Virus record (IMG/VR): IMGVR_UViG_3300033816_000195
Coordinates: 9,499-73,498 of that record
Strand: one strand, 5' to 3'
Source of the DNA: a virus
Length of the DNA stretch: 64,000 nt
A program made the position numbers and the translations under genes. Below the pieces are notes generated by a model, which made no database searches, was not told where the DNA came from, and saw only the letters and a list, made by a program, of their open reading frames with translations. This document shows, piece by piece, positions 20,920-30,900 of this stretch. The first letter of the stretch is position 1. Each line of letters opens with the position of its first letter.

Positions 20920-23127
20920 TTAGTAAAACATAAATGGAAAAACTGTATCACCCATTACATATGCTCCGCCATTAGCAAATTGTCCACCATATCTACCAAC
21001 ATCAAAATTTTGTTTAAATAACATTTCTTGCATCTTTGGACTTAGACCAGAACCTTGTAATTCATATGCAAAATCTAAGGCATCTTTTTGTTTAGTACCT
21101 GGATCAACAGTTTTATCAGTCGCTACATAATCTACAAAACCACCTGATTCAGGATCAATTTGATAATTAGGGGTCATTTGGTTAAGAGCATCTGTTTGTG
21201 CCGCATTAGTAGTTGCTGTGTTATATGCTTGAGCAAGATTGCCTCTTAAAGCCATTTTAGAATTATCATACTGTTGATTAGCAATAGCATTTTCATTTCC
21301 TAATTGTTTAGTCAACTGATTATTCAGCATGTTATATTGGTTTCTTAAAGCACCTAATCCTTGTTTATATTGATTAGCAATACCCACATTAGCATTATCA
21401 TATTGACTAGACACATCAGCAACACCTTTTGATAACTTACCTTGCATTGCAGCTAAAGTAGCTCTATTTGCAGGACCAGCAGCTGTTGAAGAAACAGCCT
21501 TAGCTAATTGTGCAGTAGCTTCATTTTGTCCAGCAATGTTTCTTGTAGGATCTAAATAGTTTACTCCATACTCTATAGGTTGCATTCTTTGTGTAATAGG
21601 TAAGTATTTTTTTAATCCCATTAGATTTGCAAATGCATTAGCAGTATTTATAGTATCTTGTAAATAAAAACCTGATCTTCTTCTTGGTGGGGCAAAACCA
21701 GGATCATATTCTGACTCTGCAGTATACTCATCACATAGACATTTACCATCTACCATAGGTGTCTCAACTTCATTACCATTTTCATCAGGGCAATAACATT
21801 TTTGAACAGGAGCGTTAGGATTTTCTATAACTTTTGGATCCTCTTCCTTTTTAGCTAAAGGATCTAATTGTCTAACTCCAAAATAATTATCTACATAAGC
21901 TTCTTGTAATTTCCCTAATAGTTCTGGATCTTTAAGCATTTCTTCTGTAAATGTACCAGTTTTATTTTGGCTAAGTGCTCTAAGTTTAGAGCTTTCCATT
22001 CCTTTATTTGTTAGACCAAATTCTTGCCACATTGATCTAATAGCATCTGGATTATTTTTTAAAGACCATTCATAGATAGCTTTTTGAGCTTGTCCTTCTG
22101 ACATATCTTTAATACCAGGTATATCAGCTTCCCATTGTCCTAGATAATCTTCAAGCTTTTGATCTCTATCACTAAACTTATTTTGTTTACCAGTTGGTGT
22201 AATATTACCTTTTTTAGTTTTAGCTTTCTCATATGGTGTTATAGCTCCTGGAGCAGCTTTAGGTAAGTAACCTCCATAAGCCATTTCAACAGGATTGTAA
22301 GGAAAGAAATAATCTTCCATAGGATATCCTCCGTAAGCCATCATTTGCTCTTGTCCCATTTGCATCATTTGTTCATCTTGCATAGGTTGAGCAATAGGTT
22401 CTCCACTTGGCATTTCTGAAGGCATCTGATTTCCTTGTTCTACTTCTTCATAATCTGCATACTCTTCAGTAGGTTGCTGCTGTGGTTGGGCTTTTTGTGG
22501 TAATAACTCCTCTTCAGAAATACCATTTGCTTCCATATAAGGTTTAGAAATCAAAGGTATCTCTTGTGGAAAACCTTTCATAGATTCTTGAATTAATGCT
22601 AATTCTCCTAACTTCATTGTATAGTTTTTTAGCATCATTTCAGCAGTCTTTCTTTCTAATTTATCTGAGTCAGGATCTTGTAGAATTTTTCTATAAGGAT
22701 TTAAATCATACTTTTTAGATATAGCCGCAGGAGTATACCCACCATCTTTAGGTGATAAACCAAATTTTTTAAGTATAGCAGGATCCTTTATTTTCATTGC
22801 CTTAGTATCACTGAAAATAAAACTATCATCTGGTAAATTTAAAGGAGTACCTCCTTCATAATGTCTTTTACCACCAATTGTATAAAATGCAGGCATATTA
22901 CTACCATCATTAGTAACAACTGTTTCATTCTTTTCAGCTTCTAGATTAGCTCCTTCTCTTGCAACAGGTTGCAAAGTTCTACTAACTTTAGTTTGAGGTT
23001 TTCCTATATAAGCATTATAGTCAGCACCACCAAAGGCAGGTACGTCATTTGCTAATGCACCTTGAACTTGATAACCAGTTCTAGCTTGTTTTAAACCAGG
23101 AACTTTTTTAATTCTTACTTTTATCAT
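20920..23127 (-). CDS. Virion cargo/structural protein
   Basis: 735 aa. ANLEAEKNE...GGKRHYEGG...FIFSD segment resembles crAss-like structural proteins; Q/M-rich linker with MAYGG repeats; N/Q/A-rich helical C-terminal region. Confidence 0.6.
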   Translation of the reverse strand: MIKVRIKKVPGLKQARTGYQVQGALANDVPAFGGADYNAYIGKPQTKVSRTLQPVAREGANLEAEKNETVVTNDGSNMPAFYTIGGKRHYEGGTPLNLPDDSFIFSDTKAMKIKDPAILKKFGLSPKDGGYTPAAISKKYDLNPYRKILQDPDSDKLERKTAEMMLKNYTMKLGELALIQESMKGFPQEIPLISKPYMEANGISEEELLPQKAQPQQQPTEEYADYEEVEQGNQMPSEMPSGEPIAQPMQDEQMMQMGQEQMMAYGGYPMEDYFFPYNPVEMAYGGYLPKAAPGAITPYEKAKTKKGNITPTGKQNKFSDRDQKLEDYLGQWEADIPGIKDMSEGQAQKAIYEWSLKNNPDAIRSMWQEFGLTNKGMESSKLRALSQNKTGTFTEEMLKDPELLGKLQEAYVDNYFGVRQLDPLAKKEEDPKVIENPNAPVQKCYCPDENGNEVETPMVDGKCLCDEYTAESEYDPGFAPPRRRSGFYLQDTINTANAFANLMGLKKYLPITQRMQPIEYGVNYLDPTRNIAGQNEATAQLAKAVSSTAAGPANRATLAAMQGKLSKGVADVSSQYDNANVGIANQYKQGLGALRNQYNMLNNQLTKQLGNENAIANQQYDNSKMALRGNLAQAYNTATTNAAQTDALNQMTPNYQIDPESGGFVDYVATDKTVDPGTKQKDALDFAYELQGSGLSPKMQEMLFKQNFDVGRYGGQFANGGAYVMGDTVFPFMFY

Positions 23128-23132
23128 TTGTT

Positions 23133-26100
23133 TTAGTATATATATTCTACTTCACCACCATTATTTAAAAATTCTTGAAGTTCTTCTGGTGTCATCATTA
23201 CTTCATCTCCTTCTTCCATATCATCATACACACTTCCTCCATCCTCATATATAGGCCCACCAAATTTAACTACTCCTTCAAAACCTTGTTCATCTGGTTT
23301 AAATAAACCTGTATTAGTATCATAGTTTCCACTATCTATCATTGCTGTTTCAGGAGCAGATGCATCACCATAAAATTCATTATATAAACTTGCTTGCACC
23401 TTTTTTGTATCTCCTATATTTTTAAGTCCAGTAGCTCCAGCTAAAGCAGTATTAAATTGAATATTACCTATTTCTGGATTTAATTCCCACATATTTTTAT
23501 TTTTGTAATCTACAGAAACTACTCCAGGTTTTTCACCATACTCTTCTCTCATTTTATCTAATTGAGTATTCAGTAATTGTCTTCCCGCATCTTTAGAAGA
23601 CATAGTTTGCATTCTATCTAATGCAGGTTTAGTTCTGTCATCTTCAGTAACAGGAGTTTCAAAACCATATCGAGCTTGAGGTATTCCGCCAAATCTTTTT
23701 TTACCAGCAAGTTTTGCATCAACTATCTTTTTAAGTTTAGCTTCTTCTGCTTGTATCTTAAGTGTTAAATCATTTGCTTGTTTATTTACCTCAGATAATT
23801 TTGTTTTTTCAGCTGTTGTTTTATTTGTTTTATTTAATAAAGTCATTTCTTGGTCTCTCAAAGTTTCTAGCTGCTTGTTCATTCTAAAAATAATATTATC
23901 TTGTGTAGAAACATCAGAAAATTGTCTAGCTGCATTCTTAGCATCAGTGTAACTATTATAGTTTCTATTACGATATCTAGCCTCATCCTGTTTTAATTTA
24001 GCAGCTTGTGCTTTTTTTGATTCTTCAGGTGAAAGTGGCTTATAATTATTTCTATTTTCAGAAACATATTTATCATAATCATCAGCTGATACATTTGAAC
24101 TAGTAGTAGATTTAGATTTACCAGATGAATTAGATTTTGGTTTACTATATTTTTTCTTATTACTAAACCTTGATTTTTTACTAACTGGTTCAATTAAACC
24201 TAATTGTTCAGGAGTATATTCTGTTTGATACATCAGATCTTCTTCTGGTACAGGTAATGTATTCTGAAAGTTTTCTGAAAGTTTCATAGCATCATTTACA
24301 CTTTGATTATAAAAATCTTGTAAAGGCATTTCTTCTTCAAATGTTTGTTGAGGCATTTGTACAGACTCTTCATCATCATTACCAAGAAAAGATCTGAGTC
24401 TATCTAAGCGGTCAAATAATTGAGGCATTATTCTTCTCTTTTCTCCACCCGGCTGATAATAACCACCAAATCTAAAAGCAGCTTCATTTCTTCTCCATTC
24501 TGGATAAGCTTCATTTCTCATATTTTGGAGATAGTTAAACATTTCCTTTTGTTCATTATAAGGATTGTTTTTGTTAATCTCAAATTTTGCTTCTGGTGCA
24601 TTAGGAGTTGTAGGTAAATCAAAACCTGGTCTACCTGTTTGTACATTTGCTGAACTTTGAGGAGAAGCATTAGCTTTCATTTGTTGCACAGCATTGAATA
24701 AATTTTCAGTAGATGTACTACTTGGTGAACCTATAGCAGATTGTATAAATGCTGCTAACGGATTAGGTGCTGCAGATGCCGGATTTGCTGCAGAAGGTGT
24801 GTTAGCTTCTGTAAAACTTTCATCTGTTATTGGTTCTCCAGCAGCATTAATTACTGTAGTACCACTTTGTGTTCTACTTGTTGGTTGAGCTTTCCCTTGT
24901 AAATAATCTAAAGCTGTTGGAGATTGTGTCTGTCCAGTAGGTGCAGATTGTTTTACATCAGGAGCACTAGACTGTCTAGGAGAATTAGAGTAATCAAAAA
25001 GATTAGATGGATTATTTACCATTTGCTCCAAAGCATTACCTGCAGTTTGTTGATTAGCTACATAGTTTGGATCAGTTGCAGCATTAATAGCCGCCATATT
25101 CTGTGCATTAGGTACCCATTTCTTTTGTTGTTCATTCCATACTAAACCTCTATCTTTTTGTTTTTGTTGGAATTCTGCAATATACTCTTTATCTTCTCCA
25201 GGTGCTTTTACAGTAGATGATGGAGTAAATGAAAAATTTCCATTTCTACTATCATCATATGCATAATCACTACCATAACCTTGCTTAAAAGCTCTTTTTA
25301 TATCACGCTCTTTAACTCTCAAATCTCTGCCAGATAAACCTTGAGTTTCTCTCTGTAAAGTAGATTGTAGATCATTTCCTTTAGGTACATTGCTACCGGC
25401 AGATGTATTACCTGCGGATGCTAAACTACCTGAAGTAGGTAGATTAATCAGTGGTTTTCCAGAAGCATCTCTGTTTACATTATAATCTATAGTATATCTT
25501 CTAGGAGCTCCTGTTAGCCAATTAGATTTTGTAACATTTATCTTAGCAATACTAGAAGGATCAAACATACCTGTGTAAGGTTGATTGGTTCCTGCTACAC
25601 GCATACCCATTGGTTTTGCCCATGTTCCTGCATAAGTAGCAAATCTCCCTGGAAATATACCAGGACCTCTGTTTCCTAATCTAGGATCATAATACATTCC
25701 CGGAAACTGCCCTCTATTATAACCTGCGTTAAAATAATTAGGATAAGCATTTCTGTTTACATTAGTCTGTGTTCTTGTATTACTTTGAGGATTAGACATA
25801 CCAGCCTTTTGAGCTAACTCATACATTTCTTTAGCAGATAGATCATCTCTCAAAGACATACCTAATCTATCTCCTATTTGTTTAGCATAAGAACTATAAT
25901 CATTACCTACTTCTCCTCTTGTTTGATATTTAGTTAAACCACCATTAGCAAAGTAAGCATCTGTTGTATCTTTAGAATAAGTATCATCTAAATCTGCTTG
26001 AGTAAAAGCATCATTACCACCATAAATAAACTTTTGTAAATTTCCGTAAGGATCCATAAATGGATCATTTACTATACCACCTATTTGAAATGGTAATTTA

Positions 26101-27941
26101 AATTGAAAACCTGCAGGTGGATTAAGTAATTTTTGTCCAGGATTTAACATTCTCTGTCCTGAATTTAACATAGTTTGTCCAGCATTTAACATAGTTTGTC
26201 CTGAAGGTAATGCTGAAGTACCTTTACCTAATAGTTTTGAACCACTATTAACAGCTTGAGATACAGCATTTTTACCAAAATTAATTCCCCAATTAGGTGC
26301 ACCAAATACAAGTGTTTGCACTAAAGCATCATCTGCTTGTGCTGCTTGAGGACCCATACCTAGAGAACCATAATAATTTCTTGGATCATAACCCCTGCTA
26401 TTCATTCTTTGAGTAGCTTCAGCAATTAATTCAGAATCAGGTTTCCAACCAGTTTCTCTAGCAGTTTTTTCTAACCAATCTTTTCCTTTTGTAATACCTT
26501 GGTCTAGATACTCAGCACCTCCTCTAATAAGATTCTCAATTCCTGCACCAATACCAAATGGATCTGAAGGAGGAGTAACTACTGGAGTAACTACTGGAGT
26601 AACTGTTTTAGGAGTAGATTTCTTTTTAGGTTTAGTAATAACTTTTTCTGTAGGTATTTCTTCAGTAGGATCATTAGGATTTTCTACTGGACCCACAGGT
26701 AAATTTCTACCCATTGCTAGATCTTCTGTTCCTGCACCATCTGGTTGTAAATAATCTGGAATATTATCACTATTATAATCTGCCTCATTCCAATTTTTTG
26801 GACCAGTAGCGTTATTTGCAGCTTCAGAGTTAGTTGTATTTGCTACTTCTTTTATACTCTCATTATTTACATCTTTACTGATTTGTTCAGTTACAAGTCT
26901 ACCCGGAGTTTTATTTCCAGTAGCTCTCATACCGTGCCCATAACCAGGTAAATAATAACCCATACCCATTCCTGGCATAGGGCTAAATTCCATAGAGTAT
27001 CTAGAAGGTCTTCCTGTTAACCAATGGGATCTTGTAACATCTAATTTACTTATAGGTCCCATCATTCCCATTTGTAACATATCAGGAGTAAGACCCATAA
27101 AAGGTGTCATGTAATATGGATTGTTTCTAAAACCTCTTCTTTTATTAAAGCCTAATCTTGCTTGTACTAACTCATTCATAGGATCATGAAACACATCAGT
27201 ATCACCATGAGTATAATGAGTAAAGTCATATGGTTGTTCTTGACCACCATCTTGCATGTATGTATCAAACTGATTTTCTGCTTGTTCTTTTATTACAGCT
27301 AACTGAGCATTATTCTTAAGATTATTTACAAAAGAACCTTTCATATTATTCCTAACTTCTTCACCAGTTGGATCTGGTGTAGAAGATTGAGTTAGTTGTG
27401 TTGTTCCACCAAGTTCTTTTTTAGCCAGTTTAAGAATATTGTTTACATACTTTCTTCTTTCCTTTTTAAAGTTACCTCCTAATTTAGCTTGAGTAGTTGC
27501 ATTAGGATCTTCATAGTCAGAGTATATTTCTGCATCAAAGTCTGAGTCGTCTCTATCTTCAGCTATAAGATCATTAGAAATTTTAGTTTCATTCTGTTGT
27601 GAAACAGGTTGTGTTACAGGACTATTTGCTATTTCTACTTTGTTAGATTCTGTTGCTTCATCTGTTTCTTCTTCTTCCTCTTCTTCTTTATTTTGAGAAG
27701 CATACATTTGATATACTTGATCATAGTAACTATTAGCTGAATTAAAATCATTACCTAAAATAGCAAAGAGTTTAACCATAGTTTCTTCTTTAGCTTTTCC
27801 TGAAGCAATATCATTTGCTATAAAATTTACCAATTGTTCTTGAGAAGAAGGAGGTGTTCCACCCATTTGTGCTGTAAATTTTTGTAGTTTACTTACAAAC
27901 TTCCCTTTTCCATCTGGTGCTTTAGTTATTCTTACTTTCAT
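23133..27941 (-). CDS. Large low-complexity virion cargo protein with many xxxGG motifs and internal repeats
   Basis: 1602 aa, largely disorder-like (P/G/N/Q/T rich), located between the tail genes and the RNAP operon. Confidence 0.6.
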   Translation of the reverse strand: MKVRITKAPDGKGKFVSKLQKFTAQMGGTPPSSQEQLVNFIANDIASGKAKEETMVKLFAILGNDFNSANSYYDQVYQMYASQNKEEEEEEETDEATESNKVEIANSPVTQPVSQQNETKISNDLIAEDRDDSDFDAEIYSDYEDPNATTQAKLGGNFKKERRKYVNNILKLAKKELGGTTQLTQSSTPDPTGEEVRNNMKGSFVNNLKNNAQLAVIKEQAENQFDTYMQDGGQEQPYDFTHYTHGDTDVFHDPMNELVQARLGFNKRRGFRNNPYYMTPFMGLTPDMLQMGMMGPISKLDVTRSHWLTGRPSRYSMEFSPMPGMGMGYYLPGYGHGMRATGNKTPGRLVTEQISKDVNNESIKEVANTTNSEAANNATGPKNWNEADYNSDNIPDYLQPDGAGTEDLAMGRNLPVGPVENPNDPTEEIPTEKVITKPKKKSTPKTVTPVVTPVVTPPSDPFGIGAGIENLIRGGAEYLDQGITKGKDWLEKTARETGWKPDSELIAEATQRMNSRGYDPRNYYGSLGMGPQAAQADDALVQTLVFGAPNWGINFGKNAVSQAVNSGSKLLGKGTSALPSGQTMLNAGQTMLNSGQRMLNPGQKLLNPPAGFQFKLPFQIGGIVNDPFMDPYGNLQKFIYGGNDAFTQADLDDTYSKDTTDAYFANGGLTKYQTRGEVGNDYSSYAKQIGDRLGMSLRDDLSAKEMYELAQKAGMSNPQSNTRTQTNVNRNAYPNYFNAGYNRGQFPGMYYDPRLGNRGPGIFPGRFATYAGTWAKPMGMRVAGTNQPYTGMFDPSSIAKINVTKSNWLTGAPRRYTIDYNVNRDASGKPLINLPTSGSLASAGNTSAGSNVPKGNDLQSTLQRETQGLSGRDLRVKERDIKRAFKQGYGSDYAYDDSRNGNFSFTPSSTVKAPGEDKEYIAEFQQKQKDRGLVWNEQQKKWVPNAQNMAAINAATDPNYVANQQTAGNALEQMVNNPSNLFDYSNSPRQSSAPDVKQSAPTGQTQSPTALDYLQGKAQPTSRTQSGTTVINAAGEPITDESFTEANTPSAANPASAAPNPLAAFIQSAIGSPSSTSTENLFNAVQQMKANASPQSSANVQTGRPGFDLPTTPNAPEAKFEINKNNPYNEQKEMFNYLQNMRNEAYPEWRRNEAAFRFGGYYQPGGEKRRIMPQLFDRLDRLRSFLGNDDEESVQMPQQTFEEEMPLQDFYNQSVNDAMKLSENFQNTLPVPEEDLMYQTEYTPEQLGLIEPVSKKSRFSNKKKYSKPKSNSSGKSKSTTSSNVSADDYDKYVSENRNNYKPLSPEESKKAQAAKLKQDEARYRNRNYNSYTDAKNAARQFSDVSTQDNIIFRMNKQLETLRDQEMTLLNKTNKTTAEKTKLSEVNKQANDLTLKIQAEEAKLKKIVDAKLAGKKRFGGIPQARYGFETPVTEDDRTKPALDRMQTMSSKDAGRQLLNTQLDKMREEYGEKPGVVSVDYKNKNMWELNPEIGNIQFNTALAGATGLKNIGDTKKVQASLYNEFYGDASAPETAMIDSGNYDTNTGLFKPDEQGFEGVVKFGGPIYEDGGSVYDDMEEGDEVMMTPEELQEFLNNGGEVEYIY
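26118..26201. repeat. Four degenerate 21-nt tandem units encoding GQ(T/R/K)(M/L)LN(A/S/P)
   Basis: Units such as tgaatttaacatagtttgtcc and agcatttaacatagtttgtcc are directly visible. Confidence 0.9.
26572..26604. repeat. 12-nt tandem repeat (ggagtaactact x2.75) encoding a VTPV linker
   Basis: Directly visible. Confidence 0.9.
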
Positions 27942-27958
27942 AATAACGTGTTATATAC

Positions 27959-27971
27959 TAATATACTAAAA
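27959..27971 (-). promoter_or_regulatory. Candidate late promoter element (minus strand TTTTAGTATATTA)
   Basis: The same core recurs at 39817, 41603 and 54776, each a short distance upstream of a start codon. Confidence 0.5.
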
Positions 27972-27999
27972 TTTAATTTAATGAGTAAACTTTAAAAAT

Positions 28000-30900
28000 T
28001 TACAATTCTTCTATAATGTAACCTTGATCAACATATCTTTTTAGGTCTTCTTTATTTTTAATATCCATTTCAATAGCCCCACCATTTTTCTTGTTCCACC
28101 AACCAGTTTTAAGCCAATCAAAAAAACCTTCATCTGAACCTTTAGAGAAATCAGTAGTATTTATTACATTTTGAGTCCATTTATTTCTTTCTGATAATCC
28201 TCTTCTTTCATATTGCTGGAGCATTTTATTTTTATCTCCTTTTACAACTCCTTCTACAAAACTTGGGAACGGATTTAAGCTACCTAAATTATATGCATAA
28301 TCAGTAAGCATCATTTGACTATTCTGAGGTAACTTGTCATAAGTTCCTGTACCATATTTTTTATCTACATATTCTTCTGCTTTAGCCTGATGAACTAATA
28401 CATCTTTTTTCTGTAAGTCTCTAGCTTGTTGTTCAGTCAAACCTGAAGCAAATGATTCACCAGGTTTTAATTTATGTCCATAAGCTATAGTATTAGCACC
28501 ACCCTCAATACTAGAATGTGGATACCATTTATTATTTTTGTAACCTTTTTTAATAGAGTTTTCTAAATCTCTTAAATCTGATAAGTATTTTTCTAGAGTA
28601 GCTGGGTCTAAATCTTTAGGAGATAGTTCTCCTCCCGGAGCATAGTTATTAATGTTACCACCTTTTTTATTTTGTGGTTCAGTATTATTTTCAGATGTAC
28701 CATAAGCAGCTGCACCGGTTCCTAAACCTGTCGGAATAATATATGGTAATAAAGCTTTAAATTTATTAGGATTAGTTAAATCAAATTCTCCACTATTACC
28801 CCACCTAGATTTAAGTTGTTGTGCCTTATTTAAATTATGCACTTCAACGTCAATAGGGTTTAGAGTACCGTCCATTATCTTTTGAAACTCTACTCTGGAT
28901 ATATCTTTACCTGCGGGTGAATTTAAAAAATCTGCAAAATGATCTGTCATTACCCAGTCATTTAAAATTCTAGGTTCTCCTGACCAACCTCTTTCTGTCA
29001 TTGTAGGATGTTTCTCTAACATCCAATTTTTAAAAGCTTCTAAATTTTGAGCTTCTAATTCATTAGCAGGTACCTGATCAATTGCATTTAACCTAGCATA
29101 ATTAGTTCTATATGCCGGATCTATAACCTCTTTACCCTTATCGTCAATATAAGGTAAACCATACTTTCTATTCTTATGTCCTATAGGATATATATTTCCA
29201 TCTATAACTATTTTATTAGTTGTTTGTGGCATATATAATTGACTTATCCCTTCTGGTGGAGCTTCTGTTAAAGATATAGCCGGCTCATCTAATGTTCTAT
29301 TATAAGCTCTTGCACCATATTCATCTTTTGTTGTAAATACAACCTTAGATTTGTCACTCCAATCACTTTTTAATGCATCACTTTTATCACCCCCTCTATA
29401 TGTTATTTCAGTTCCTTCAGGATAAGCTTGTTTAAACTTAGTACTTTGTTGTTGAATAAATTGTTCTGGTGTTCCTTGGAAAGGAGTTCCATCTGCATTT
29501 GTCATCCAAGTACCATTAGCTTTTGTTTGTTGTTCAATAATATTATACTCTTCAGAATTTTTAATTACATTTTGAATATCTTCAGCATCATAATTTTTAT
29601 TATGTTTTTTTACCCAATTAACCCAATCTATTTCTGATTCAAAGTTAGGAATTGTTTTAGGAGTTTTTGTTCTACTTCCTAAACCAAGCATAAGTGGTCC
29701 AGGAGGTCTATTAAAAAACTCTTTTAATTTAGCTGATTTAATAATAGGTTTTGCAACTTTACTTGCTGTATTTGATGCATTTGCTCCTTTAGAATAATTT
29801 TTATATCTTGTATGTGGTTGAAGTGGATTAGGATTATATAAAGGTAGTTCTTTACCAGTTGCTCCTGTTATTTGATCTTCTAGATACTGATAACCTTTAT
29901 TTGAAAATACAGGATCATCCGGTGAAAAAGGAGAATAATTAAAATCAAACTCACTTATATCAATATCTTCTCCTCTAAAATTCTTAGCATAAACAGGTTG
30001 TTTAAAAACTTCCTCTGGTGCTGCTTTTATTACTGTTGATTTTCTTGGATAAAAAATATTTTTTCTAGGGATAATGTATTCATTAGCATTTATTTCTGAT
30101 TGAAACATAGTTCTAGGTTGCCCTGGTAATACAGAACCTTGTGCTGTTTTTAAGTTTACCACATCTGAATCACTTAAAATATTTTTTTTCCAAAAAGGTA
30201 TTTTTACTTCTTCTATCACCATATCATCTCCCATAAAAACACCTCTCCTGCCTTCATTTCCTTTTAAATATTGTGACATTTCTTCCAAGTCTGTTGTAAA
30301 AAAATCTCCTTTTTTATTTACTTTAGTTATAAGTTCTTTTTGTTTTGCTGCATTTATAGGATCATCTCCTAAACCATAATTTAAATTTTCTAAATTTTTA
30401 TCAAATGTACTAGCTCTATATCCTCTTGTAGGATATATTACATTATCTGCGTATTTTAATCCACTTTTTAAAACAGGTTTTGCAACTTTACCTGCTGTAC
30501 CAACAACTGGTAAAGCACCTACAACATCAAGAGCAACACCTAATGCATCTGTGTCAACATCAACATAGTCTTTATTATCTCCAAATAGTTTACTACCTAG
30601 TGTCATAGCACCTTCAACAAGAGTTTCAGGAACTTGACTTATACCTGTAGTTAAATCACCTGCAAACTTTAAAGGATCATCTATCAGTCTTTCTCCAGTT
30701 CTTATAGCAGAATTTATACCTGTAATTTCTCCAACTCCAGATAAAGCTTCTGATAAATGTTGCATATTTTGACGATCTCTATTAGCATTATATGTTGCTT
30801 CATCTACTGATATGTTTTCAATACCTTTTAATTTATTTTCTTTATTTACTTGAGCAGCCCTATCTGCAAAACTAGATGTTGATTGTTTTTTTGCTACTGG

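Noticed and set aside
26118-26604. Tandem repeats as a CRISPR-like array
   Set aside because: Units are 12 and 21 nt, in frame, without spacers; they are simple coding repeats.
29746-30499. Diversity-generating retroelement TR/VR pair
   Set aside because: The repeat is only 25 nt with one mismatch, and no reverse transcriptase is in the window.
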